From NCBI GenBank assembly GCA_000708835.1, contig DF237295.1, positions 35,633 to 99,632 on the forward strand: a stretch of DNA of 64,000 nucleotides, written 5' to 3'. The notes beneath the pieces were generated by a model. The model was not told where the DNA came from. It did no database searches and was given only the letters and a program-made list of their open reading frames with translations. A program made the position numbers and the translations under genes. Origin of the DNA: Klebsormidium nitens. Lineage: Eukaryota; Plantae; Klebsormidiophyceae. This document shows, piece by piece, positions 22,101 through 36,000 of the stretch. Within the stretch, counting starts at the first letter, position 1, and every line of letters begins with the position of its first letter.

Positions 22101-25100
22101 CACGTTTACGAATCTGTGACCCCTTCTCAAACTTTAAAACGACAAAGACGAAGCTGCTGTTTATGACATCCGGTCATCTTTTGGGTTCCGTCTTCGTTTT
22201 TTTCGAACACGCTGAAAACTTCAAGGGAGTCTAATGGTTGTCGGAACGGATTCAACATCTCAGGCTCATACGCTTGCACCGCTCATGTATCCATCATAGC
22301 TCACAACGGAAGCGCCGATAATCTGAAAGTGCTCATTCCAACTTTTACAACTATTCAATATGACACCTGCGGTGTGCACCTGCGTGCGGAAGCACTTTGT
22401 CACACTTTCGTGGGGGCTTTGAAGCCTTCTCTAAATTGTTGGGATATCTTGTGCAAAGTACTGATTGCTCGAAGTACTGAGCTTGTACAAGCAGTCAAAG
22501 GACTCGTTTTCTCCCGGCTACAGGCATGCACAATCGCTACTGTGCAAGATCTGAGGCCCTCAGGTACCAAGATCTGCTTCATCCTGTGTCGTACGTGCTG
22601 GATAGATCAACCGAGTTCTTTGTTTCCCCGCAGGGATGCGCGAGCATTTTCTGGCGAACCCCCAGGAGGCGTTCGAGCCGACCGCGGGCGCCACCGTCCA
22701 GTCGACCGTCCGCCGCTCGTCCGACCACGTGTCCGCACCGACGACGCCGGACAGCAGCAAAAAGGACCCCTTCTTCCAGATGGAGGAAGTCTACTACGAT
22801 GCGGAGGAGCCGCAGGACTCAATTGCGGGACACGTCATCAAGGTGAGGGCGCAACTGAGTGGAAGCTGGGAATGTTCTGCATTCGGAAACAAGAGAGTGA
22901 GGCATAAAGGTTGTCCCTTTCAATCGGCGGCCTCAAATCTGGCTCGGATTTTGATGGATGCATTAGAACCGCACTCTTGGTGTCAGGATTGAGGGATAGT
23001 TTGATCTCAGATTGAGTTCACTCACTTAATCGTTTTTTGTTTTCTCGGAGCTTGAGCTAATGGAGACCGATCTTGAGAGACAACAGCAGCAATGTCGGAG
23101 TTAGTGAACCTACTTACCACTCCTCTGTTTTTTCGACTCCTTGCCAGTAGAGATTGATCTTAGAGACACAACAGCAGCGGAACCAATCACATGCATGCGA
23201 CATCAGCAGGCTCTATCAACAAAACGCTCCTCAGTCGAAAGTGTCTCCGGATTCCCATCTCGAGCTCTCAGTTCTCGTAACTTCTGTTTTTCTGATTCAA
23301 AGCACTCTTTTTGCAGAGGCCCGCAAGCTTCAAATACGCTGCCTTTGCCGCGATCGCCCTGCACCGCACCCAATCCAGCCTGCCGAAAGACGGCCTGCCC
23401 CAACTGCGTGGGCCACCCGTCCCGTACGCGCCGTCTCATTTCACGGGAAGCGTGCCCCGCTTATCGGGCGCGCGAACCAAGGACTGTTTCAGCGTGCCCT
23501 CGGGGGGGCAGTTCAAGGTCCGGGGGAAGACGTATCGCAAGGATGGCGTCAAGGTGAGGCGTCAAGTCGACCTGGTGATTGGGGCCGCTTTGTGGTGCTC
23601 ATTTTTTTCAGCTGGAAGTTGTTTACCGGCAGATAGAAGTGCACTCAGTGGTGCACGATTTATGACAAAGACTGTGTCAAGGGGCGGCATCTTGACACTC
23701 TTTCTTGTATTTGTTTTATTCGTTAAATGGTCTTGGGGTCTCTTCCTTCCTTCTAGTGCCTCTCAACCTGAAATTACACGCACCGCCCAAGTCCGCCGGA
23801 CTTTCTAACTGTGTAATGAGTCTCGGAGACTCTTGTTGTGCCATGCGCCCTCGTTAAAGGGGCCTTCTGTCTTTTTCAGCACTACGGCTTCCTGGTCTAG
23901 CACCACGTAAGGAAAAGTCACCGCGAGGAAACCGTTGCAAGGTCTTCTTCAAAGCGTTTTGCCTTCCCCCGCAGGTTAAGGGCGGTGAGCCCTTGCTTCA
24001 GCTGCTCGCAGTCGACTGGTTCGAGAGCAGCCGCCGCATGGATAATGTCGCGCAGAGCCCGTCTAGCTGCATGCAGGTGCGGTAATCGTGCTTGTATTTC
24101 GACCAGACTTTCGTGTTCTGTGTTTTCGTCGGTTGCTACATGTTTCCGGCAAAGCAGGGAGCTCGAGAGAAGAGGCTTAGAGGTGGTCACATGGAGGAAC
24201 CTTGTTCGTTCAGCGGAATGCTCTTGGTTGAACAAAAAAGGTGCAGAGTAGGTTCCATCTTGAGACGTCTTCACCAAGTGCAATTTTAGAGCAGTAAGTC
24301 TCTTATGTGGTGCCACGGCTGATATTAACGCTCCTTCACGCCCCTGGTGTAGAAATGTGTACATTGCGCTCAGCTTGTCGTTGATCCGTCCTTCATGAAT
24401 ACCGTTCTTGCTATCTGAATCAGTTGCAATCTTCTTGTGTCGAAAGGGCTGGGATCTGGCTGTCCATGATCTGCCCGGGGTTCACCTCCTACCAACAACT
24501 GAACGGGTTCATTGGCAACCAGATGTACTACGTCAGGCACTGTCGCTCATCTCACGTTGTGCTTTGCTGTGCTGTGCAGGGTGCCGAGGCGAAGAAGATG
24601 CCTTTCGTGTTTGTGATCAATCTCCAGGTTAGTGACGCATCTACGTCTCATCCCCCTGTTTAAGCGTTTGCCAAATCACTCCCTTGACGCCAGCTCCGGA
24701 TGCTCGTTTGCGGGCAGTATTGGGGGGAACACATTCCCGAACTGAGGCGTTTGTCATTCTCTCCGCAATCACTGCGACTGAGGTGTTCGAGACCACTCTC
24801 CTCCATGTTGTCTACGTCACTTGGCTAGAGTCTCCGCCATTTTTTGATATTAGGCTGGTCAACAGTAGCGGAGTCTGGTGATATGTGCCGTTGCAACCTA
24901 CTATCAAGCGGTTCGGCGTTACGACATGATTTTTTCCATAAAAGAAAGTGACTCTCGTGCACTACAGTCGAGACAATGCGTTGTCTGGTGCACAAAATTT
25001 GGACTCTCATTGCATAGCATCGCGGTTGCTTTGATGGCACTCTTCGAATGGTTTCCACTGTTTTCATCTTAAAGACATCTGCTTTTTCGAGTCACCCCTC

Positions 25101-27043
25101 ACGGCCGGAGCTTTCAACCGACAGGTTCCCGGCAGCCCTTGCCGCAGCCTGGCCATGTACTTCGTTTCCGACCGGCACATTGCCTCGGGGTCGCTTCTGG
25201 ACAAGTTTGCCAACGGAGACGACAACTTCCGGAACCGCCGCTTCAAATTGATACCCAGCATAGAAACGGTGAGCTTCGATAGGAGCTCCAGGATTAGAGC
25301 GGCTTGGAAGCACGAAGTGGTAGCTTCGCATTCTGCGAACGCTTCCTTGAAACGACTTTTCTGCTGAGCCCACGCATGAGCTTGCCGGCTTAGCATTTTA
25401 TGCGGCGTAAGGAATGGAAACGATGGCCATCAGCTAGGCGCTACAATCAACTTCCGACTGCTCGAGACCCGACCAGCCCGCGCACATTCGCTTTCGATAC
25501 CCCGTGGATAACAGTCACTCGAGCGCACAGTTGATCAGGACAGCTTGACGTTCTATAGATGCATGGCATGGAGTTGTACGATCGAAGTCCTAGTACTCCT
25601 CTCCGCTTGATTCTGCCTTTTTTAAAATTGGAAGGCCAGCATAATTCCAACTTTCAAACCCCTTTGATCTTGAACCTCTCTCTGTCATTTTCTCAGGGCC
25701 CCTTTTTGATAAAGCGCGCGGTGGGCAGCAAGGCGTGCCTACTGGGGCAGGCCCTGACTTGCACGTGGCATCGTCAGGACAACTATCTCGAAGTAAGCGC
25801 CGGTTCGTGCTAGAGTTTGATCCTGGCTCTTAACATCTTTCCGGCTGACTGCTAACACTGCTGTGTCCGTGTTTCCTCCGCCGTGACTGTTGGTCTGCCT
25901 GAGGCGAGTTTTCGGTCGTAGGGAGCCTGGAATCTAGAATAATCATCCCTTGTCCTGGACTCATTGCCAACGACTGCGGGGAACGATTGAAGCCGGTGTG
26001 ACTGACGCTTAGAGTGTTGTGTAAGCTTCTTGTGCGAGCCCTTGCGTGCTCTTGAGGTGCTCTGCATCCGCCGCCGCCCATCTGGATTTCACTCGCCAGA
26101 CCAGTAGTAAATCAACGTCCTCAACAGATTTATTTTTGCTCCTTCCATAGAAGCTTTTGCCAATCAATCTGGACTTATACCTCCTGAAAAGCGCGGATAT
26201 ACAAAATCTGACACTACATTCCTCGGTTCTGTAGAGAGCCCCGTAAGTCGCGTGCCGCTATCTCTGACGAAGCTCTTCCATGCGTCACCTCGCTGCAGAT
26301 GGATGTCGACATTGGGTCCTCCTCGGTGGCAAGAAACATCGTCGGGCTCGTGATTGGATACGTCACAGGACTCGTAGTCGATCTCGCGGTACTGATACAG
26401 GTGAGCAGCGGGGGATCAAAGCCGGCCTGTCTACAACTACAAGACAAACAGCTCCAGGATGTCCTTTGCACGCAGACACGAAATGAAATGCAAACCCGCC
26501 GCGCGGGTTGATTCATTGATCCAAGAGAAGCTTTCGTTGTCTTCTTGTGAACGAATCTGGGATGTTTTTCATGGTTGAGACCATTGGTATGCGAAATTGC
26601 TTATCGGTCTTTCAGAACCAAAGCGGACGAGGACACTCATTGACCACAAATCCTGACGAGCAACGTCTGCTCCGACTCGCTTGTCTGTGGATGCTGCCTC
26701 GATACCCGCCTATCTCAGTCTTGGGTGTGAGAAGACGCCTTTGAGGTCGGATCTGGGTACCAGCCGTGCGTTGTTTGCGGATTTACTCTGCGCCTCCACT
26801 CAAATCTGTCAGTCTGTTATTCTTCGTCTCTTGTCGCATGAGGACTGAACTTGTATTTGCTTCCACATGCTTTACTTGCTGTTTCGGACGAGAGCAGATC
26901 TTGAGACAAGAAGATGCCGTAACGCTACAAGCTTTCCGCAGGGTGAGGACGAGGAGACAGAGCTGCCCGAGTATATACTCGGCGCCATTCGCATTCAGTA
27001 CCTCAAAGTGTCGTCAGCCGTACCTTTCAAGCACCTAAATTAG
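16170..27043 (+). CDS. EDR2: ENHANCED DISEASE RESISTANCE 2-like protein (PH + START + DUF1336/EDR2_C), 20 exons, apparent frameshift in exon 10
   Basis: Exons 16170-16252, 16852-16918, 17272-17400, 17718-17783, 18211-18251, 18662-18744, 19168-19281, 19489-19523, 19836-19930, 20525-20684, 21092-21166, 21619-21780, 22634-22842, 23317-23553, 23975-24076, 24580-24627, 25125-25268, 25697-25792, 26299-26400, 26942-27043. PH: GWLMHFG..RFVVLE. START: WRLLKLENGLRIY, LKAVGVIEA, RDFCLARYWRRDPDGAY. DUF1336: FKVRGKTYRKD, VDWF, FVINLQVPG, FRNRRFKLIP, DVDIGSSSVA, ELPEYILGAIRI. Family call; strict orthology not established. Confidence 0.9.
21291..21600 (+). repeat. About 155-bp intronic tandem duplication (2 copies)
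   Basis: gagcggaagcaatgatagaaacgaaaaatctgg...cccgcgactccctgcttgggg...aaaggaaccg starts at about 21291 and again at about 21445. No exon sequence is included. Confidence 0.9.
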
Positions 27044-28816
27044 CTCGATCCGCAACGAAGAGCGGGTATGTATGATCTTGTGCACCTAGCTGGATGTTGC
27101 ACGTGCGAGTTACCGCAGGTTGTCAAAGAGTTGCAATTGTCTCAATCGTGAGGGCTTCGCGATGTTGTCTTACTACAGATGAGTAGCTTGACCATAGGTG
27201 TATATTAAGGAAAGGGAAAGCGTCCGGTTCGAAAGCTTTTAGAAACGAGCGCTCGACGGACGCAGTCATGTTCTACAGAGTAGGAGGGCTTCCGTTTGCA
27301 CCGAACCATGTTTAGATTCCTCAGCCGTTAGAAGGACTGTCATACTGGAGCTTGGTCAAGATCGCTGGGCGCAGGCCTAGGCCTGTCCTAAACACACGCA
27401 GCCAAGTGGGCTGCCAATTGCATTGCTAACAACACGAATGATCCAACAATTCACGGCCTTCCTTCCGACAATAAGTTCCCTGTATGATGAAACACTATAT
27501 TACTCTCTGGAATTGCATCTCTGACACAAAACTCACTGAACGTCATGGCAATCAATTGATCGACGTGTTGTCAATTTTGCACGGATCGATCGTCCTAGGA
27601 TGCCTAGGCTTAAGACGGCCGCCTCAGGCTGTGGTGACGTGTGATATATCACTGATACGGCATTATTCTGTGCCCTTCATTCATATTCTCGTTGCGGTTT
27701 GAACACGCTCGACTGCAAAGTCACACCCATATAGGCACTCTGTAAATTGGCCATCTTTTCCCAAAAGGGCGGAAATGAAGCGCGGCGGTTTACAAAACCA
27801 AAAAAGAGACTGCATGCAAGCTGTACGCGGAGCCGGCCTGGGCTTGAAAGAAGCACACTAGCTAGCTAGGCAGATGATCAGTGCAACCTTAGAAGTGACA
27901 TGAGCCACAACACATGCGCCTGTTAGAAGCAACATTGGCAACGCACTGGATCATGATCAAACGGAGGACCTTGGCGGACTCCTGCACTGCATTTAATGCT
28001 CATGCTGAGGCTTGAATGCTTGTGACAGGTCAATGGTACGGACGATGGGTCAGAGTCCAAGAAAGCAGGAATCAAACACCGCGCTGCTAAACTCTCTGCA
28101 TGAAACGCGCTTCAGTTCTTGCAAGCTGCAGAGGGGCTGGCAAGCCCAGCAAGACTCGACCGCTCTTCCAGGCCGTCAATAAGTGTGCCGCTTTTTCCGC
28201 TTTGGCCGCACATCCTAAGGAAACAATCCGCTGAAGATAGCCAGATGGCTCTCTCAAAATCCTTGGTAACAGTCTATGGGAACACTCAAACGAGCTAAGA
28301 GAGTTGGGCTCAACCATGCGCTGCAGAGCCTGCTATATCAGGGCCTGGCCATCATCGCTGCTCACAAAATCCACCGGCGGATCGCTCGACTCTAGAAAGA
28401 GCAGAGCAGGCATGAAGGACGCGTCGAATAACGTTGGCTAAGATTGTACTCAGAAGCGTGATCCCCATACTGTTTGAGGAGGAGTCGAGCACGGACTTGG
28501 GACCCACAAAAACTTGGTGTCAGAAGTGAGGAGGCCTGAAGGGGGATATTGTGTCGACTTTGTCTTTCAATAAGGCAGTGCCTGCCCAAATTGATACCTA
28601 AGTGCCGCTAACTTGCACACACCTGTTTCTGCGAGCCTTAGTGCCCCCTTGGTGATCAAAGGAAATGTCCCTTTCCCACTCATGAAGATATAGAGATATC
28701 GCTGTACAGTGCCCGAAAGGTTCCTAAGCTTTCATGCCGATCCAGCAGCCGCTCGTACGAGACGTTCCATGCAGCCTTCTTATTCTTCACATCCTGTCAT
28801 TTTGCGCCAAATCCAG

Positions 28817-29566
28817 GAGCTCCTTTGTAGCACTTTCCAATGTCTTCACACGTGCGTCCGCAAGCTTTTGGACAAACGTGCTGGTTGTAGCCTCCAGCTC
28901 TTTGCGACACCTCTGCTCCGTTGCTTCAATTCCTGATACTCCTGCAGAGGTTCCAGTAAACGCTGCCACATTTCCGGGCCTCCCAGAAAACCAGAACGGC
29001 AGCTACTACCAGCTTATCACACATTTTGACGAACCGGGGACGAACTGGCAGTCACCGACAGGCACAATGGTGCATCTCCGCATTCTGATCTATCCGTGGA
29101 TAGGCGGCTGTATCTGCTCTTTTCGGGGCCCCTTTCTTGAGCTTGATTTCCTATTTTCTTACCTAATGTCCAGTACGTAGGCTGAGGTCCGCAGGAGGAG
29201 ATCCAATACATAGTTGTCGCCGTGGCGGGGCCATGTTCGCGACCAGCCGCGGCCGGGCCGCGCCCGCTTTTGGAACTCGAGGTTTGGTCCTACACGTCCG
29301 CAAGCCATCCGGACTGTCCACATGCAGAAGCTTACTCGTCCGAAGACTCTGCGGACGGTACCACATGCATAAGGTACAGACCTCTACCAGCTTATGCATG
29401 GCCAGGTTTGTACCGTAGGCTCAAGCCTGGTGATGATGTCAGCAGTTTCTACAGCGCCTGGAATAGAAGCCTGGGCTCTGCCGCTGCGCATCATGACAAT
29501 GTCATTGTGGGTCATTCGCAGCCAGCTGAAGTTCCTCTGGAGAAGCGCATTGAAGTTGAAACTTGA
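28817..29566 (+). CDS. Possible unknown gene, 3' exons only
   Basis: Phase-compatible candidate exons 28817-28883, 28948-29069, 29195-29566 give ELLCSTFQCLHTCVRKLLDKRAEVPVNAATFPGLPENQNGSYYQLITHFDEPGTNWQSPTGTMEEIQYIVVAVAG...RIEVET*. No recognisable domain and no start found. The opposite strand also looks partly coding. Confidence 0.3.
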
Positions 29567-30088
29567 AAGGGCTACCCTTCGTTCTGAAGGGTTTAGTAGA
29601 GCGTAGGGAGAGGTGCTGTTGGCGTGTATTGCCAGTACTAGTAGCGTTCTTCTTTCTCTTTCTGGTCCCATTGAGCTGTTGGTTTGCGAGACTTCCGGAG
29701 GACTTGCATGAATCTTATTGGATGTAGCAGACAAACTTCTGTTTGCACCGCTAGGTAAAGCTGACACTTGGTGTGTGAACCGCAAAGAGTGAAGTAGGGG
29801 AATACGAAGCACCACCTTGTGTAATCCGAATTTGAAGCAGACTACCGTGCAAGGACAGCCTTAGCAAAAGTGCGGTTTGCTGGTTTAGCAATTGACAGGG
29901 ATAGTAACGTGGAGACACCAGTAGAAGGCTCTAGAGGAGAGCCTGCATCGAATCCAGGCAGGGGGGCTATCCTCCTAGGTGGCCGGCAATCATGGCCTGC
30001 TGCTACAGGCCTGTTGCTGGTTAGCCTCCTCTAGAGTAAGCCCTGACTCTCCCTGTCAAAAACCTTCGCAGCCAGAGGGCTCGTTTCC

Positions 30089-33000
30089 ATGTCTGAAACC
30101 GCGGTTCCCTCCTTCCGCACCCCGGCGCAAGGGCCCCTCAGCAGTGAAAAACCCCCGCACCTTGTTGGTAATGAGTCCCCAAGGCTAGGGGCCGCGCACT
30201 GCGACGCGGCGGCCCTAGAGATTCCGCAGTCAGCGGGGGCGCAGCAGTTTGCGGCGCAGGCGCAGGCAGCGACCGAGAAAGCAAAGGCTCCCACACTAGG
30301 AATTGCAACCGTGTGCAAATCGCTGCTGGCGGGAGGCATTGCTGGCGGAGTGTGAGTGCCTGCCATTCATTCTGGTTTGTTTGAAGCCAATGTTCTTTTC
30401 GGGATTTGATTTGTGCCTCAATGTTGGCGCAACATAGCTGCGCCTCGGCCCAAAGGGTGGTTGCAAGGGTGGTGAATGAGCCGTTCTGGTGTACCTTCTT
30501 TGCTCAAATCTTGTGTGGTTTTGGACGACTGATGGTCTGTGGCATTACAAAACAAAGTTGTATGTGTAACCGAAAATGTTGGAATCCGCATTAGAGTTAG
30601 GTGCCTCGCAGCTGGTTCTGGATTCGGACACACTGAGTGGTTGTCCATCTCACCTTGCTTTGTTGAAGATGGTAATGGATTGCATTTCAAATCAGCGCTT
30701 GTTCAGTCAGGCTGGCATACTGTCAAACATTGCAATCCGCGACGTATTGCCTGATAGAACAGGTTTTCCATCTCTTTTGGAAGTTCAGATTGCTCAGCAT
30801 TGACGTCCCTTGCTTTGAGTCTGGCTCGTACAGGTGTTGATGCCGACGGATGTTGAAAGCCAAAGTTCTTCCAGCCTGTTTTGATTAGTATTTGTGGAGC
30901 TACACATGTGTTTGTCGCTGGAATAGAGAGGACAGCATCTGCTTCTGTGAACCTGGACTTTTCAGCAAACTTTCAGTAGGTCAGAAACTTTACGCCCGAC
31001 TTATCTACATCCTTCTCCCCACAGGTCACGGTCTGCGGTAGCCCCGCTCGAGAGACTGAAGATTTTGCAGCAGGTAAGGCAAATTTTGTGCTGGGATTTT
31101 TGGGTATCACCATCATGGTGCGCAACACATAACTGGGTGTCATTTTTGCGCCGAGATCCCGAAGCATTGTTTTGCGCACCAGGTGGCTGCCCTTTTTTGA
31201 CGTCAGGTGGTGGCAATCTGTGTCGTTCAGCAACCATCCGGGTTTGACTGTTCGTCAATTTAAGTACCAATCTGCAAAGGCCGTCCGTTTCAGAAGCGAC
31301 ACGGTACGAGAAGTTTTAGCACTTGAGGCGGATGTGTCTCCCCAACAATCTCACAGATGCTGGAAGTTTTGCATCAGTAAACCCCAACTTTGCCGCAGCT
31401 TGGTGGTGGAATTGCAGAGATTTGATCCCGTGCTCCTCCCCTCAAAGAGATCTGCTTATCTTGTCAGGAGTAGTAAGTTTAGATCTGACAGCTGTAGATT
31501 TGTGAGCTTTTTCTTGCACGTAGAGCGCGATGTCTAAATTGTGGACTTCAATTAGAGCGTACCGGTAGCTAATCTTAGTATTCGGCTCTTGTGGCCGAAA
31601 TTAGTTCTGCCAAGCTCATAAGTAGGATCAGTGCAGCATTTTGTGGCATGCCCTCTTGGGAAAACTCCTGCCTCGCCTCACAACCCAGAAGACATCGCTT
31701 CCGGTGGACTGATAAAAGCGGCACACATGGCCTTAACCAAATGAGTTCAAGGTTCTAATTCTTGTTCAAGTAATTAATTCAGGATTCTTAGAACTCAGGT
31801 TCTGGAAGTGGCTCTGCAGGTACATGACCTCTCAAAAACCACGTGCGTTGGTCGATCAGGGAGCATACATTTCTCAATCAGGCCCAGAGCCGCAACAGAA
31901 GTTTCATGAAATCAACACCCCCTCCCAACCGCTGCTTGTGGATCCCGCAGGTGCAAGACCGCTGCAGCCCATGTATGTTGGTCGCTCAGCAGCAGTCGTT
32001 AAACACAACTCAAAGTTGCGACAGAGATCTCTAGACTTCATCTGAACCGCTGCATTTGGGTCCGGCAGGTGCAAGACCCGTTGAAGCCCAAGTACAATGG
32101 CACGCTGAGTGGGCTGCGGACCATCTTCCAAACGGAGGGCCTGCGGGGGTTCTTCAAGGGCAATGGCACCAACTGCATGCGCATCATTCCTAACTCGGCG
32201 GTCAAGTTCTACGCATACGAGCAGGCGTCACAGTGAGTAAACACCCTTCTGCACAGTATCCGACGCCAGCGCTGGGTTGGCAGACTGAACAGGGTGCATA
32301 AGTGATGAGTGATTTTGGGAGCATGTTGGACCTCAGAAAGTACCTGGCTCGACGGGGCGGTTGCGGTGGGGACTGGGTGCTCATCAATGATATTTCAATC
32401 GAGCTCTGCGCATTGATTGGTTGTGGTGATTGTGCCTGCCTCGAGGCAAATCAGTGGGGAAGCTTGGAGTGAGGCCGCATGACACACTTGTACGAGCCCA
32501 GCATGAGCTATAGCGTGAGCCTGCGCAGACAGGGATTCGTTTCTGTTCTAGAATCCTCCTTTTCACAGAGATGAGTGAGGCAAGGGCGGTACAACAACTT
32601 GGTTAAAATTACGAAACTTTCAAAGGGTGCTCCATGGTCCCCATTCTGATGCCTCAATTTTCCACTTCCTGCAGCGCATTCCTCTGGGCTCTGCGGAACC
32701 ACGGGGGACAGCCAGGTGAGCTGCCTCAAAACCTGCCCCGCTGATGTCAGCAAACGGCAGTCACCGGACCACTTAAGTGGAGGAAGTCGGTGTTTGATCA
32801 TTGCTTTTCGTAACGAGGATCGATGTTGAGTGTTGTGGTACAGTTGATTGCACTTCTTTAGAAGGGAACTGGACATTCTGAAACGTCTCAGGGTGACAGA
32901 GAGCAAAGGCGGATGATGCTGCAGAATGCAATGCTGACATCCTGTGTGAAAAGCTGCGGTTGGGGTTTTTCGAACTACGCAACTATGACCGGACCGACTG

Positions 33001-36000
33001 CTTTTTGCCGGTCACATTTTCGTCTGTCTCTGTGGTGAGTCCGCTGTTTCACCCAATTAACCTCGCTCCTGGGTGCAGATGCGGAACTTACGCCCCTGTT
33101 GCGGCTAGCCGCGGGGGCGACAGCTGGCATCATTGCGATGTCAGCCACGTATCCGATGGACATGGTCCGGGGGAGACTGACAGTCCAGGTGAGGCCATTC
33201 TTGTTCAGCTGTGCCTCCTTTGCTAAGCTTGGCTTTGAAGGAAGACTGTTTTGTTTCCTCTGTCCAGATGCACTTGGCTTCACTATTTCCCTAGCTCGAA
33301 CCCCTACAAGGCCTTTACAGTGCGCTTTTTATTCTATCACCGTGGCGTTCTCATTGGTTCGGAGTTCGCATTCAAGCTTTCTGATTTCCTTAGTGGATGT
33401 GAGACCACATCATTTGGATTCTGTTGTAATACCAGGATGCCAACTGCCCGCTTGTGACATCCGCTCAGCTTGGTCTACGCGGAGGGAGGTACATTTTCGA
33501 AGTCTCTGTGATAAACCTGGGCGTCACACTTTACCGAAGTTCTGTTTTATCGTTTTACCACACAATCCTTTGGCTTTGGCTCTTTCATCTTCGATATGTG
33601 TCTTCGGTGGGTTGGTTGAGGAATTCTGATGCAAGCAAGCGGAAAGGATGAAAAACAATCACACACCCGTTACCAATCCGAACACCCATGTGGTCAACGT
33701 GAGGCTGTTTCTGATCCGCTTGCTCGGCAACAAATGCAGTCGTTTTGCTGTAGTTCGCTGGATGCTTACCGCTCAGAGGTGCTGAACGGAGAGTGGCTTT
33801 CTTGCGCATCTACACCTTCGCACAATGGAAGTTGCTGATTTCCATGCGCACTTCTCCGGACCAAAACCCTTCGTCTGACCTGTAAAGCATTTCTCCTCAG
33901 CCGCTTCTGCGTGTATCCCTTGGGCTTTCTTCACTGATTTTCTCTTCTTTTCCGAAACTCGAGCCTTTGCCTTCAGGCAACGCCAACTCGGTTGTTTGTC
34001 CGCCCAAAGCATGGTGTCCCATAACTCAGCGAAGCTGCTGCGAAAGTTGCTCAGTTGCTCTGTCTGACAGAAGAGCAATGGAAATGACAAAAATCTGCTT
34101 ATCTGCTTCGTATCTTGCGTTGAGGCGCCGTTCATAGTTAACTTTAGCCGTTTGCTCGTCAACTCGCTGTGGATTCACAAGAAGAGGAATCGGTCGACAA
34201 GGATCCACCTTTTCCTTCTGTCAAAGGCGTCCCGGTGCGCTCCGGCGTTCCTGAGCCGTTTTTGTGCTCCTTTCTTGACGAACAGAGACGGCTCCAAGAG
34301 GCAGTCATTCGATCGGAATCCGTTTACCACGGTTTTCGACTACCCTTTTACGCCCTTGAGTCGCAGGGTAGCCCCAACTCACCGTTTCGTCCCTCTCAAA
34401 TCTGCGGATCCTAGCGGTCTTACATCCCTTCCCTGACCCGAGCAGTCTTACATCCCTTCCCTGATCGTGTTTAAGACGTTAGCAGAACCCATGTGACCCC
34501 TTTGCAATCTTATGGCAATGATTCGAGGAGCGCGTCAACTGGTTTCTGGGCCATTTGCGCTTTGGTGCCCGAGAGCCCTAAACTGAACCCCAATGCTTCT
34601 TTGCAGTTGAACGGCTCAAATGGTCGTCGCTGTCCGCTTTGAGTCTTCCCTTGAGCGCAGTTTTGAGCCTTTGTCTTAACCGCCGATTTTGTGCAGGTAA
34701 ACGGCCCGAACCAGCGGTACAAAGGTATGTTGCACGCGATGACAACAGTGGCCAAGGAGGAGGGGCCGAGGGCTCTGTACAAAGGGTGGCTGCCCTCGGT
34801 CATTGGAGTGGTGAGCGACTCAGGAGAAGCTCTCTTGTGTTCTGAGGCTGTTGTTCGCATCAAAATTGTTGGGTAGGGTAGCAGCGAAAGCAGCAGAGCT
34901 AAAGAGTGTGTAAAGGACGATCAATGCGAAAAAGGCTAGCTGCATTGTTCCTTTTTTGTGCTTCTTGCTTTCTTCTTCGCTCTATTCTTATTCAGTCTTG
35001 TGTTAAGCGACTCTTCCCTCTGTCAGGAGCTCTTTCTGTAACAAGCTGCCTAAGCTCCGGTGAATGGTTGACAGCTGTACTTCCTCAAATTGGGTCTGAC
35101 ATCCGCCCGTGTGCAGTGGCACTCTGGGCCTCCCTGATCTGCCTTGTCGTTTCGATCGTCGCACTAGTTTCCAACCCCATCACTTGTAAGAAGTAAAGAC
35201 CGGTGCGCGGGTCTTAACGGTCCCAAGCAACTCCAACAGCAACCCCTCACATTGAGTGCTCGTCCTTTTCAGGTGCCCTACGTGGGCCTCAACTTTGCTG
35301 TTTACGAGACCCTCAAGGACTGGGTCCAAAAGGCGCGCCCCGACCCGACCGCTGACCTCAGCGTCGTGACGAAGCTCGCGTGTGGGGCGGCGGCCGGGAC
35401 TGTGGGCCAGACTGTGGCGTACCCCCTCGACGTGGTGCGGCGGAGAATGCAAATGATTGGTTGGCGGGACGCGGACGCGCAGGGGGTGTTCCACGAGGAG
35501 GTGGGGCCGGCGCGATTTTATGTAGCATAAAGAAATTCATAGAATGATTGAATGAGTACGATAAGAAAAGGATCATTGTATTTGAAACCACCGATCTTCA
35601 CATGAAGTGTTGAAAAAGAGCAGCCCATGTATCTTTTGAGTTTACTAACTTTTCTGACATGTGTTTCTCTTCTTCTGCTCGTTCTTTGTCGAGTTGGGGG
35701 TTTGGGGATTGAGGGCTGTAGTAATTTGAATATCCTTGTAAAAAGTGCCCGGGAATAGACCGACTTTTGTCATTCTGTTCGAGTCATCCAGAACCACACT
35801 GGGCTGCCCAATTAATCAATTCCATTCAATCCTGAGAACCAAAGCTTCTGCACGGTTGCAAATGTTCGTTTGGCCGTTGCAGGCGGCAGCGCTGAAGAAG
35901 CCCGGCATGGTGGACACGTTCCGGCTGACGGTGAAGCACGAGGGCGTGCGCGCGCTGTACAAGGGCCTCGTGCCCAACTCGCTCAAGGTGGGTCGCCGTT

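Noticed and set aside
34413-34468. Two-copy 28-bp duplication (gtcttacatcccttccctga) in an ADNT1 intron
   Set aside because: Ordinary short slippage duplication with no further structure.
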